Position numbers and translations under genes: made by a program
From: Scenedesmus sp. PABB004
Lineage: Eukaryota
Length of the DNA stretch: 64,000 nt
Reading direction: 5' to 3'
Assembly: GCA_014905635.1 (NCBI GenBank)
Contig: JABVCE010000005.1
Location: 1,240,001 to 1,304,000 of the forward strand
Shown: in pieces, positions 27,277-38,998 of the stretch
Position numbering within the stretch: the stretch's first letter is position 1
How the letters are laid out: the number at the start of each line of letters is the position of its first letter
Notes under the pieces: model-generated
Database searches by the model: none
What the model saw: the letters and a program-made list of their open reading frames with translations, nothing else
Told to the model about the DNA's origin: nothing

Positions 27277-28509
27277 GCGCGCCACTGCTGCGGCGCCTGC
27301 CGCGCCGCCGGCCTGTGCTGCTGCTGGTGGTGGTAGTGGTGCTTCTGGCGGTCGCGGTCCTGCAGGCGCTCCGCCATGAGGTGCGGCGGGAAGCCGACGG
27401 GGCACTCGCCCGCCCAGTGCCGCCCGCCGCAGTTCCAGCAGCTCGCCTCTGGCGCCGTGAGCGGCGCGGGCTGGCAGCTCAGGTGCCCGCGCTCGCCGCA
27501 CACGAAGCAGCGCGCCATGTCCAGGTCGCTGCGGTGGTAGTCGCAGCTGCAGCCGCCCTCAAACCTGCGCGCGCGGCGGGGCCGCAGCGGCGGCGCGTGA
27601 GGCGGCGCGCGGCGCGGCACGGCGGCCGCCCGGCCGACGAAAGGCGGGGCGCGCGGCGCACCTGAACCAGTCAGAGAACGCCGCCGCAGCGCAGCCCGCG
27701 CGGCCGCAGCGCAGGCAGGTGCCGCTCGCGGTGGACGCCGCCGCGCTGCCGCGCTGCACGGGGCAGTCCTTGGTCATGTGCCCCGGCTTGCCGCAGCGGT
27801 AGCAGATGCCTGCGCGGCGGCGCGGCGCCGCGTCGCGGCGCCGGGCGGGCAGGGCCGCGCCGCTGCCGCTGCGGCGGCGTCGGCCGTGCAGCCGCTCACG
27901 GTGGGGGCAGGCGCTGGGCTCGTGGCCGTACTGCGCGCAGTAGACGCAGGGCTTGGACGCGCTGAGGTCGCAGTCCTTGGCGAGGTGCCCGCGCTTGCCG
28001 CAGCGCCAGCACGCGACGCCCTTGGGCTCGTAGACCTCGTCAAAGTAGCGCGGCGCGCGCAGCAGCCGCTGCAGCTCGTAGTTGCGCGGGTCGGGCGCGC
28101 CGTCGGCGATCACGCGCACGCCGACCGGCGCGGCGGCCGGCGCGCGCGCGCCCGCGTCGCCGCCGCCGCCCGCCGCCTGTGGGTCCTGCGGGGCCTGCGC
28201 GCCCGCGGCGTCTCCCCGCTGCAGCGGCGCGCCGGCCTGCGGCTCGTGCGGCTGCTCGGCGCCGCCGCCGCCTCCGCCGCTGCTGCCCTTCTTGCCGCGC
28301 CGCCGCTTCTTGCCGCCGCCGCCCGGTTCGCTGCTGCGAGCGGCCTCCTGCACGCCGTCGGCCGAACCGGGCCGCGCCGCGGGCGAGCTGCCGCGCGGCG
28401 CCGGCTCGCGCGCAGCGGCGGCCGCCTCCGCCGCGTCGCGCTGCTCGGCCCGGCGCTTCCCCGGCCGCAGGATGAGCGCGGAGATGGGGTCCTCCTCGTC
28501 GTCCGACAT
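26790..28509 (-). CDS. CCHC zinc-knuckle protein, AIR1/ZCCHC7-like (3 exons)
   Basis: LLRAPRYFD followed by knuckles CWRCGKRGHLAKDC, CVYCAQYGHEPSAC, CYRCGKPGHMTKDC, CFVCGERGHLSC and CWNCGGRHWAGEC; Q-rich and RG-rich tail. Confidence 0.82.
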
Positions 28510-28601
28510 CGCGCCGGGCGGGCCGCGGCGGCGGCGCGCGGGCGACGGCGCTCTCGAGCCGCAACGGCGCCGCTGCGGTGGGCGCGGCTCGCCGTGTGGA
28601 G

Positions 28602-29209
28602 GCGCCGCGGCGTGGCGGGCTGTGGCTCGGCGGCCGGGCGCCGCCGCCGTTGGCCGGCCGCGCGGTGGGCGTCAGGTCGGGGCGTCGCGACAGAGACCCG
28701 TGCGTCGACCGACCGCAGTCGCGCGGCAGCTTTTGCGCGCGCGGCACGCGCCGCCTGGCATCGCTCGCGCGCCGCCGGCAGCGGCAGCGGCAGCGGCCGC
28801 GCGCCGCCCCCCGGCGGCGGCAGGCGCCGGGCCGCGCGCCCGCACGCAAGCCGCGCACGACGGGGAGCGAGGCGCGCTGCCGCCCTGCCGCGCTGCCGCG
28901 CTGCCGCGCGACCGGGCGCCCGGGGAGCGTGTTAGTGCCGCGGCGTTTGAACGCCTCCGCCTCCCGCGCTCCCCGCCCGCGCGCCCGCGCGCCCGGCCGC
29001 GCCGCCCAGGGCCGCCCGCTGTGTGGCGCACTGGCGACTCGCGCTGCCGCGCTGTCGCGCGCCGCACCGGCGATGCGCGTGGGGGGTGCATAGGCGCGGC
29101 CGCGATGCACGCCCACTGGGCGGTGGTGGACCGCGCGCAGCGAGGCGGCGACGCCGCCTCGCTGCGCGCGGGCGCGGAGGCGCCGCGCGACATCGAGGCC
29201 TACCTCGTG
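28602..29209. repeat. Right copy of the ~590 bp inverted duplication
   Basis: Reverse complement of 23519-24102 plus a 21-nt insertion at 29131-29151. Confidence 0.95.
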
Positions 29210-29263
29210 CCTGCCGCGCGCGCAAGGGGCGAGCCGCCGGTCGATCAGGACGCGCTAGGGTGA
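29105..29263 (+). pseudogene. Truncated duplicate of the 5' end of the 23602 gene
   Basis: MHAHWAVVD[RAQRGGD]AASLRAGAEAPRDIEAYLV, then homology decays and TGA is reached at 29261-29263. Confidence 0.75.
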
Positions 29264-29605
29264 CTCGGGCCCCGCGCGCCGGGCCGGCGCCGCCGCCCGC
29301 GCGCGCGCCCCCGCCGCGCGGAGGCGCGCCCCGCGCGCTGGGCGGCGCACGCGCGCAGCGGCGGCGGCGGCCGTTCGGCGGGGCCAGGCGCGCTCGGCGC
29401 GGCAGGCATCCCTCTGTGCATAGACGGCAGGCGGGTGCCGGGCTCTGGGGCTCAGGTCGGCGAGCCCTGGGTGGTGATGGCTCGACCTCCCGCGCCGCGC
29501 CCCCGCCCGCCGCACTTCGCCCGCGCCGCGCAGCCCGCCCCCGGCGCGCCTAGCATAGCGGCCGCACCCCGATCAGGCCCTCCATGCGCGCGCCGGCCCG
29601 CCGGC

Positions 29606-32600
29606 ATGTCCAGCGATAGAAAGGGCGCACGAGAGCAGCGCTTCCCCAACGCCAGCCTCAATGGAGGCTTCGCGGCGAAGGCGGGGCCCGGCGGCGCGCC
29701 CGGCGGGCCGCCCGGCGGGCCTGGCGGGCGGTTCGGGATGCTGCTGCTGCCAAAGGTGCGCCGCCCGGGCGCGCCGCGGCCCGGCCGCCCGGCCAGGGCT
29801 GCGTGGCGCCGCGTGCGACCGGCAGCGCGGCCGCGCCGCGCCCCGCGGGCAGCGGGGGGCCGCTGCCGCCGCGGTCGCGGCGCGCGCCTGATTGGCGAGC
29901 GCCCGCCCGGCGCGCCTGCTCACGCGCGCGGCCCCGCGCGGTGTCCCGTTTGAATTGCAGCGCGCCAAGCCCGTGACCACGACGTCGGGGCCCAAGCTCG
30001 TGGTCCCCAAGCCCGTGAACCTGCCCTCCATCAAGAAGGTGCGCGCGCCCCCGCCCGGGCGGCGGCCGCGGCCCCGCGCGGGCCGGGCGCGGGCGGCATG
30101 GCCGCATGGCGCGGCGCCCGCCCTCCCGGGCGCGCGGCGGCGGCCGCGCGCGCCCGAGCGCGCGCCCACGCCGCGCCCGCCGCCGCGCGCCGCTGCTGTC
30201 GCCGACGCGCGCGCCCGCGCCCGCGCCCCCGCCCGCGCCGGGCGCAGGAGCACGCGGGCAACGACCCGAGCACGCAGCTCGTGCCGACCGGCGCCAGCGC
30301 GGGCTGGAGCAAGCCGGAGGAGCCGGCGCCGGCGCCGGCGCCGGCGGCGGAGGCGCGCCAGTCGGCGCTGACCGCGGGCTCCAACTGGGCGTCGCGCGAG
30401 GCCGCGGCGGCGGGCGGCTGGGTGCCGCCCGTGCGCGAGGGCCCCTTTGCGAGCGCGCTGCCCACGGGGCGCGGCTCGTTCCCGGTCGAGCGGCACCTGA
30501 ACCCGGAGGAGTACCCCAGCCTCGCGGCGGTCTCCAAGGACAAGGCGCCGAGCAAGCGCGCGCAGTACGAGCACCACATCGCGGAGCGCGCCGCGCACGC
30601 GCACTCGCAGGACATCCGCTGGGCCGACGACGAGCGCGACACGTCGGGGCACTTCAGGGACCGCGACTGGTGCGCCGGCGGCGGCGCGCCGCGCGCGCCG
30701 GCAGCGCCGCGCGCGTCCCGCGCGCTCACGCCGGCCGGCCGCCCCGCGCAGGCCGGGCCACCACCACGACGAGCGCTACAGCGGCGGCGGCGGCGGCGGC
30801 TACCACGGCGCCCGCTACGGCCGCGGCCCGCCCGACTACGACGACCGCGGGCCGCCGCACCACCACCACCACCACTCGCGCGGCGGCTACGCGGACGAGC
30901 CGGACTTTGACTACCACGGCGGGCCGGGCCCCGGCGCCGGCTGGCGCGAGCGCGAGGCGTACCACCGCGAGCGCTTCGAGGGCCCGCGCGGCGGCGGCTA
31001 CGACGGCCCGCGCGGCGGCGGCGGCTACCACGAGGGCCCGCCGCCGCGCGGCGGCCCGCCGCACGACGGCCCGCGCGGCGGCGGCTACGACGGCCCGCCC
31101 GGCCGGCCCGGCCCGCCGCAGGCGCGCCGCGGCGACGAGGGCGAGCTGCTGCCGCCGCCGCCGCCGCCGCGCGCGGGCAGCCTCGGCGGCGCCGGCAGCC
31201 GCGGCGCGGCGGCGCGGCCGGGCGCGGACAGCGACGACGAGGTGGACCCGGAGCGCGAGGCGTTTGAGGCGGAGCTCGCGCGCGTGGCAGCCGAGCTGGA
31301 GCGGGTGAGCGCGCGAGCGAGCGGGCGCGCACGGGCGTGTGGCGCCAGCGCGCGCCCCGGCGCCGGGCGCCCGTGCTCGAGCGCTCACGCTCCGCGCCGC
31401 GCCGTCCGCCGCGCCGCAGAAAAAGCTGGAGGAGGCGGCGGCCAACGCGCCGCCGCCGCCGCCGCCACCGCCGCCGCCGCCCAAGGAGAAGATGGAGTGG
31501 CACCCGCCGCCGCCGCCGCCGCAGCACCGCCACCCCGTGCTGCTGGACCGCGCGGCAGCGGACCGGCTCGCGGCGGAGCGCAAGGCGGCGGCCGCGGCAG
31601 CCGCGGCCGCGGCCGGCGGCGCGCCGCCGCCGGCGGCTGGCGGCAGGCACGGCCGCGGCGGCGGGCCCGACGCGGCCGGCGCGGCAGCGGCCGCTGCCGC
31701 CGCCGCCGCGACGGCGGCGGGCCCGCGCCCGCCGCCGGGGGCGGAGGAGGGCGAGGGCGGCGCGCGCGGCGTGCCCATGCCGCTGCAGCCGCCGATGGAC
31801 CCCGAGGCGGCGGCAGCGGCCGCCAGGGCGGCCAGGGACGCCGCGGCCGCCAAGGCGGCGGCGCGCGCCGCGGCGCTGGCGGAGGAGGAGCAGCGCCGCA
31901 AGGCGGCGGCCGCCGAGAAGCTGCGGCGGCTGGAGCAGCAGATGGCAGCGCGCAAGGGCGGCCGGCCGGGCGAGGCCGGCGAGCAGCCCGACGGCAGGCC
32001 CGAGGCCGCGGCAGGCCCCGGCGCAGGCAGGCGGGACGGCGGCAAGCAGCAGGTCCCGCGCGGCGAGCGCGAGAGCGAGCACGCGGCGCGGCAGCGCGAC
32101 GGCAAGCCGGGCGGCGGCAAGCACAGCCGGTCGGCCAGCGCCGGCTCGGGCGGCTCCGGCGCCGAGGCGCCGCGCGGCGGCGACGGCGAGCAGCAGCCGC
32201 CCGAGGGCGGGCGGCAGGGCCGCAAGCAGCGGGGCCAGCTGGTGGCCGCCGGCGAGGGCGCGCGCGGCGCGGGCGGGCCGCCGCCGCCGCCCAAGGCCGC
32301 CGCCTGGTCCAAGCCCGGCTCGGGCGTGATGACGGCGCGGCTGGGCGGCCCGGAGGACGCGGAGGAGCAGCTGGACGACGGCGGCCGGCCGGGCAGCCGG
32401 GGCCGCGCCCAGGGCGAGCTCGGCGCGCAGCAGCAGCACGACCGGCGGGGCGCGCGCGACGGCGGGCTGCCGCCTGGCGCCGCCGAGGGCGAGGCCGGCG
32501 GCCGCGCGCGCGGGGCGCGGGGCAAGCAGGGCCAGCCGCCCGTGGCGCCCCGGCCCGGCAAGCTCGGCAGGGCCGCGTCCGTCGGCGAGGAGGCGGGCCT

Positions 32601-35110
32601 GGAGCTTGGCGCGGAGCAGGGCCAGCTGCCGCCCGGCGCGGAGGGCGGCCGCGCGCGGCGCGGCAGGGGCGGCCGGGACGCCGTGGAGACGGGCAGCACT
32701 GGCAGCGGCGGCAGCAGCGGCGGCGGCGCGGCCGCCGGCAGGGGCGCCGGCAGGCAGCAGCGCGCAGAGCGCGGCAGGCCCGACGGGCTGGGCCCGGGCG
32801 CGCCCGCGGCGCCCCAGCAGCACGCGGCGGGCGGCGGCGTGCCGCCTGCGGGCGCCGGCGGCCCCGCGAGCTGGTCGCCGGCGGCCGCGGCCGCGGCGCG
32901 GCTGCAGCCCACCGCGCCGCAGGCCATCCCCGGCGCGCCGCGCGCGCCCGGCGGCGCGGCGGCCGCGGCGAGCACCGCGGACGCGCTGGGTGCGCAGATC
33001 GCCAAGAACGTGGTGTCCATGACCCTCGACGACCCGCTGAGCGGCGAGAGCGTCAACGTCGACCTGCCCGCGAGCCTCGACCCCACGCCGCCGAGCCAGG
33101 GCCTCGCGCCGTACGAGCGCGCGATCGCGGCGCTCGGGCCGCCCGGCGGCCGCCCGCGCCCGGCGCGGCGCCCGAGCCGGCGCCGGCGGGCGGCCAGGGC
33201 GGCCAGGGCGGCGCCGCGGGCGGGCCGCCGCGCCCCGGCGGCGGGCTGCCCGGCCTGCCCGCCGAGCTGAGCCTCGGCAGCGCCGTGGTGCAGCCCAAGG
33301 CGCCCGGCGGCCCGCTCGCGGGCCCGCCCGGGGGCAGCCCGGCGGCCCCGGCGGCTTCCGGCCGCCCATGTTCCCGCCCGCGCCCGCCGGCGCGCAGCAT
33401 CACGCCAACCCGGCGGCCGCGGCTGCGGCCGCCGCCGCCGCCGCGGCCGCCGCGGCCGCGGGCGGCATGCCGCGCGGGCCGCTGCCGCCGTTCAGCTTCC
33501 CTGCGCTCGGCGGCCCCGGCGCGCCCGGCGCGCCGGGTGGCGGCGCGGGCGGCCCGCCCAGCGCGGTGGCCGCGGCCGCCGCGGCCGCGGCCGCGGCCGC
33601 CGCGGGCATGTGGGGCGCGCCGCCGCCGCCGCCGCTCTTCCCCGGCGTCGCGCCGCCGCCCAGCCTGGCGGCCGCGATGGAGAGCTTCTACGCAGGCGGC
33701 GGCGCCGGCGCGGGCGCCATGTTTCCGCCGCCGCCGCACCAGCAGCAGCAGGCGGGCGCGCCCGGCGCGGGCGGCGCCGCCGAGGCGGCGCCCGGCGGCG
33801 CGGGCGGCGCGCCGGCGCCCGGCGCGCCCCCCGGCGGCGCGGGCGGGCACGGCATGCCGCCGCCGCCGCCGATGCTCGCGCCGTTCTCGCCGTTTGGAGG
33901 GCCCTTCATGGGCGGGCTCTTTGGGCCGAGCCAGCCCTTCATCCCCACGGGCCGCCAGCCCGACTGGTCCACGGGGCTGCCCGGCCCCGGCGGCATCGCG
34001 CCGCTCGCGGGCTCCGCCTCGCCCGGCGGCGGCGGCGCGGCGCCGCCGGGCGCCGCGCCGGCGCCCGCCGGCGCGGCGGGCGCGGCGGGCATGCTCGGCG
34101 GCGCGCCCGGGGCGGCGCCGCTCGGCGGCGGCGCCGCGCCGGGCGGCGGGCCCGCCCCCGCGCCCGGCGCCGGCCGCGGCGCGCCGGGGCAGCAGCTCGG
34201 CGGCCGCCAGCCGGGCGGCGGCTACGGCGCGCCCGGGCAGCACGGCCCGCCCGGCGGCGGCTACGGCGGCGCGCCGGGCGGCTTTGGCGGCTACGCCGGC
34301 GGCCCCCCGGGCCGCAGCGGCGTCGCGGTGGGGCCGCTCGGCTCGCCGATCAAGCTGCCCGGCGGCTTTGAACCGCGCGACGCGAGCAACGCCGGCGCGC
34401 ACCTGCCCGACGACATCCTCGGCCTCGCTGACGGCCCCGACACCAGCAGCGCGCCGCCCGGCCGCGACGGCGGCGGCCGCGGCGGCCGCCGCGACGGCGC
34501 GCACCCCATGGCGCGCCGCGGCGCGCCCGGCCCCGGCCCCGGCCCCGCCCCGCCGAAGAGGGCATGGGCGGCCCCTACGGCGGCCGTCCCGGCCGCGCCG
34601 GCCGCAGCGCGCGCGGCAGCGGCGGCGGCGGCGGCGGCGCACCCCCTGGCGGCGCGCCCGACGACGGCTACGGCGGCCCGCGCCCCGGCCGCGGCGGGCG
34701 CGGCGGCGGCGGCGGCGGCGGCGGGCGCGGCCCGCGTGGCGGCGCGGCGGGCCCGGACGGGGGCTACGGCGCGCCGGGCGGCATGCAGCCCAACGGCATG
34801 CCGGGCGCGCCGTACGGCCGCGGCCCCATGCCCGGGCAGGGGCCCATGGACGGCCCGCTGGCGCCGCAGGAGAACGGCCCCGGCAGGCAGGGCGGCGGCG
34901 GCCCCAGCCAGCGCCAGGACAGGGGCAACCGCGGCGGCCAGCGCGGCCCGCGCAGCAGCGGCGGCGGCGGCAGCGGCGGCGGCGGCGGCGGTGCGCAGGG
35001 CGGCGCCGCCCAGGCTGCGGGCGGCGCGCCAGCCCCCGACGCGGCGGGCGCGCAGGGCGGCGGCAACCGCGGCCGCGGGCGCGGCGGCAGGTCGCGCAAC
35101 AGCGGCAGCG

Positions 35111-35142
<32 letters not shown>

Positions 35143-35256
35143 GGCGGCCGGGGCGGCGGCGGCCCTGCCGCTGCGGGCCCCGCCGGCGGTGGGCCTGCTG
35201 CTGGCGGCAAGGCGGCGTTTGCTGCCCGGGGCGGGCAGGCGCAGGAGGGGGCCTAG
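29606..35256 (+). CDS. BAT2_N-domain protein (PRRC2/MOS1-like), long Gly/Pro/Arg-rich RNA-associated protein; multi-exon with apparent frameshifts
   Basis: KLVVPKPVNLPSIKK/EHAGNDPSTQLVP..GWSK is the BAT2_N signature. Also EEYPSL, RWADDERD, DPEREAFEAELARV, EEQRRKAAAAEKLRRLEQQM, PFIPTGRQPDW and an RGG-rich end with TAG at 35254-35256. Confidence 0.8.
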
Positions 35257-35515
35257 GGTGCGAGCCGCTGGCACCCTAGATGGTCGGAGAGTCGGCGCCC
35301 GCGGCCGCAGCACGGGCGTGGCGGGCGCAGCAGCTGTGGCTGCGCCGCCGGCTGTGAATGTATCGTGTCGCCCGCCGGCGGCGTGACGCGCCGGAGGCGC
35401 GCGCCGGTGCGCGGGGAACGGCTGCGCAGCCCGGGCGGCGCGCGCGTCGGGAGCGCGTTGTGAGCGCGTCGGGAGCTTGACGCGGCGGGCCCTAGAGACA
35501 ACCGCCTGCAACATG

Positions 35516-35520
35516 TTACA
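35516..35520 (-). promoter_or_regulatory. Candidate chlorophyte poly(A) signal TGTAA for SDH4
   Basis: TTACA on the + strand, ~95 nt downstream of the SDH4 stop; UGUAA is the established Chlamydomonas-type signal. Confidence 0.45.
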
Positions 35521-35614
35521 CCGGCGCCGCCCGCTCCGCGCCGCGCGCGCCGCGCGCCGCCCCGCTCGCCAGCAGGGCCCGGCGCCGCCGCCGCCGCCGC
35601 CTAGGGTTAAGGCT

Positions 35615-36284
35615 TTAGACCTCGACCGGCTCCTTGCGCCAGAGCCGCTTGACCGTCTCTGTGAGCCCCGGGCCGGCCAGGTTGACCTTCATTATGCCCA
35701 GGTAGGTCACCAGCGACGCACCGAGGATGGCCGCGCGCGCGGGCACTGCGCGGCGCCGCAGCCGCAGCCGGCGGGCGTGAGCCACGCCGCGCGGCGCCGC
35801 GCCGCGCCGCGCCGCCGGCGCCGCGCACCGCGGAAGCGCGTCGGCACGTAGTCTGTGACGAGCGCGTTGGTCGTGATGTGCATGTGCACCGGCACCGCCA
35901 CGGCGAGCGTCCAGTCGGCGAGCTTCTGCGTAAAGCCGTCCTGCGCGCGCGTCGCCGCGGCAGCGGGCGGCAGCCGGCTCGGCGCGGCGCAGCACCGCGG
36001 CCGCGCCGCCGCGGCAGCAGCAGCGGCCGCGCGTGCCTTGCTGGACAGCGCCGCCACCGGCACAGCGCCTGCGGCGTGCAGGGAGGCGGCGGTCGGCACG
36101 GCGGCGCGGCGGCGGCAGCAGCGGCGCCGCGCGGCGCGCGCCTGCGAGCGCGTAGTTGCTGAGCTCGTAGGCCTTCTGGAAGCCCGCCACATCGGCTGCG
36201 AGGCGGGGGCGGCGCGATGAGGCGCGGCGGGGCGGGCCCGGGCGCCCAGGCGCGCGCGGGCGCACCGGCGAGCAGCCGGTTCAT
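35615..36284 (-). CDS. SDH4: Succinate dehydrogenase membrane anchor small subunit (CybS/SDHD), 5 exons
   Basis: Spliced product MNRLLAADVAGFQKAYELSNYALAGAVPVAALSSKDGFTQKLADWTLAVAVPVHMHITTNALVTDYVP..LGIMKVNLAGPGLTETVKRLW; contains the HxH and TDYV motifs. Confidence 0.88.
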
Positions 36285-36596
36285 GCTGCTGCCGACTCTC
36301 GCAACGGCTGGGCGCGTCAGATCAGCCCCTGGAGCGCTGGCGGGCGGCGGGGAGCGGGAAGGGGCGTGTGTGCGCGTACCGAGAGCCCCCTGGGGGCAGA
36401 CGCGTGGCGGCTTGGGGCCTGCGGGCTCGGTGACGCGCGGTCACGGGCCTGCACCCTGGGCCGCCGCCCCGTGGCGTGCTGGCCCTCCACGGCGGCTGAG
36501 CCCGCGCAGTCCGCCGCCCCGCACCGGAACGCCGGCCGCCGCTGCTGGGCGCGCCACCTGCGCGGCAGCCGAGCACGATCGAGGGTGCCGACAGCG

Positions 36597-37671
36597 ATGC
36601 TTCGCTCCTCCGGCACCGCGCTGGCGCTGGTGGCGCGGCACCGAGCGGCCGGGCACCTCGCGGAGGCGCTCGCCGGCGGCGGCGGCAGCTGGGGCGCGCA
36701 GCAGAGCAGGCGCGCGCGCGCGGCAGCAGCGGCGGCGACAGCCGCGCCCGCCGACGCCTGCCGATCGTGCGCGGCGCGGCGGGCGAGACCGCAGCGCCGA
36801 TCGCCAGCTCTGCGGGTCCTCACCGGCCTCGCCAGCCGACTGCCGACCGCCGCCGCCGCCGCCGACTGCCGGCCGCCGCCGCTGCCGCCGCGCCGCCCGC
36901 CCGCTCGCCACGCAGGGGCCTCGGCGGCGACCGCGTGCCCGAGTACTTTGCCAAGCCCTCGCCCTACACCGAGGGCACCGCCTTCCTGGGCACGCCCGCC
37001 AACCACGACGACGTGCGGCGCGCGCCCCGGGCGGCGGCGGGCGCGCCCGCGCGGCGCGGCGCTGCGCGGCACGGACGCGCGCGCGCGCGACGCCCACGCG
37101 CCCCCGTCCGCGCCGCCGCCGCGGCCGCCGCGCAGCTGATCCAGAAGCGGCCGCTCTCGCCAGACGTGTTTGAGCTCGGCAATGCGCTGCAGCCGCACTA
37201 CAAGATGCCCTGGGGCGCCATCAGCTCCATCGCCAACCGCGCCACCGGCGCCGCGCTGTCGTTCAGTGAGCGCCCGCCGCCGCGCCGCCGCCGCCGTCGT
37301 TGCTGCTGCTGCCGCCGCCGCCGCCGCCGCGGCGCTGCGACTCGCGCGCCGTCACCGCCCGCCCACCGCTCACCGCCCGCGCGCCAGGCTTTGCCGCGGC
37401 CGGCTACGTCGCGCTCACGGGCGACCTGCCCGCCGCGCTGGACGCCTTCCGCGAGGGCTACCCGCTGCTGGCGTTCCCCGTGAAGCTGGGCATCACGCTG
37501 CCCCTGGTCTACCACTACCTCGGCGGGCTGCGGCACTTTGTGTGGGACCTTCACCGCATCGGCAACCAGGCCGACAAGTCGAGCCTGCTCGAGACGCCAA
37601 AGGTCGAGGCGAGCAGCCAGGCGCTGCTCGGCGCGGCGGCGGCGCTGAGCTTTGTCATCGCCCTGCTCTGA
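36597..37671 (+). CDS. SDH3: Succinate dehydrogenase cytochrome b560 subunit (SDHC), about 4 exons
   Basis: Arg/Ala-rich presequence, then KRPLSP, SSIANRATG and YHYLGGLRHFVWD; TGA at 37669-37671. Confidence 0.92.
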
Positions 37672-38229
37672 CCGACGCGGCGGCGCGGCGGCGGCGCGGG
37701 GCCGGGTGGGCGGCGGGGCTCGGGCGGCGCGTGGGGGCGGGCGGGCCGGCGCGCGCGCGCTCGCTGGCGCGGCTCTGTACCATAACGCGGCTGCCGCGTC
37801 GGCGGTCGGCAACCAAGAGGTAACCTGCCGTGCGTGACGCACACAACGCAGCACACCGATCGTCATCGCCGGCACGCGCCGACCAAGTCATCCAAACCTA
37901 TGACTGAGCGCAGAGCAGGCAGACAAACGCAGCAATGCAATGCGCCTGACTGAGCGCGCGGCGGCCAGTCGCGCATGAGCAGCAGCAGGTGGAAGGCTCG
38001 GCCTGGGGCGGTCACGCCCCAGCTGGCCAGGGATGTGCGGTGCGGCGATTGCTTTATCCGGCTGCCCGCTCGATCAGCACGTGCTGATGGTGCACCTTCT
38101 TCTTTCCCCGCGCTGCCGCCGATGCCGGCGGCGCGCCTACGGACGCATGGTCCGACAAAGAAGCGTCCGGCCCTGCGCGCGCCGCGCAGGCGGCGCGCGG
38201 CGCGGGGCTGCGCGGCGCCGGCGGCGGGC

Positions 38230-38998
38230 TCAGTCGGCGAGCACCTCGGGCTTGGTCGACAGCACGACCGCCACCGCGTCGTCGATGTCCTCCTGCGCGA
38301 CGCCCAGCTCCTGCAGCGTCGCGACAAAGTTCTCGCAGATGGCCTGCGCGCGCGGGTGTGGGTGCGGCAAGCGCGGCGCGCGGGCGCGGGCGTGGGCGCG
38401 CGGCGCGCGCAGGCGCCGCGCCGCGCCGCGCGGCCAGCGGTCGCGGCCCCGGGGCGCGCGCCGGTCACGTTGAAGTGGGTCTCGTTGAGGTGCGGCACCA
38501 GGTGGCGGTGCGCCTCAGCCATGCTCTTCCCGCTGTACTCGGCGGGGCCGCCGAAGGCCGTGGCCATGAAGGCGGCCTGGCGGAGCGGGGGAGTTCGGGT
38601 GAGTCGTGCGGCGCCTGCGGCGGCGCCGGGACCGTGACTGTGTCGGAGCGTTCCAGCCTCGCACCTGGTGCTTGCGCTGCTTGGCCATGTCCGTGCCCGA
38701 GAAGTACGACTTGACCCGCTCGTCGGCGAGGATCTGCGCGGCGGGGCGCAAGAGGGCTGGGCGGCGCGGCCAGGCCGCGCGCGCGGCGGGCGCTGCCAGC
38801 GGGCCGCGCCTTGGAGTAGAAGACGTCCACCGCCGCGGAGACCGCCGCGGGCCCGCCCAGGCGCTCGATCAGGGGCGCCCGCTTGCTGCCGCCGCCGTTG
38901 GGCGCCGCGCGGCAGGCCGGCGCGCGCAGGGACGGCGCCGCTGCGCGGCGCGCGGCCGGGCCGGCAGCGGCGGTGGGCGCGCGGGCGGCGGACAGCAT
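38230..38998 (-). CDS. Group I truncated hemoglobin (2/2 globin, GlbN/THB type) with N-terminal transit-peptide-like extension, 4 exons
   Basis: LIERLGGPAAVSAAVDVFYSK/ILADERVKSYFSGTDMAKQRKHQ/AAFMATAFGGPAEYSGKSMAEAHRHL..THFN/AICENFVATLQELGV. Confidence 0.93.

Noticed and set aside
27390..28020. Retrotransposon Gag nucleocapsid (CCHC knuckles)
   Set aside because: Intron-containing, has the LLRxPRYFD motif of cellular AIR1-like proteins, and no protease, RT, integrase or LTRs nearby.
23519..29209. Pack-MULE or other TIR transposon carrying two genes
   Set aside because: No target-site duplication or transposase. The repeat is the promoter and first codons of a host gene, and homology fades rather than ending sharply.
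33140..34565. Frame breaks in the PRRC2/MOS1-like gene (~33150, ~33362, ~34550), also ~5770, ~16550 and ~61860 (VCS), as programmed frameshifts or pseudogenes
   Set aside because: They fall in or beside short C/G runs; the two I traced (~33362 and ~61860, e.g. GCC-CCG) are repaired by adding a single C. There are no slippery heptamers and no other decay, so homopolymer sequencing error is most likely. Short-read mapping would settle it.
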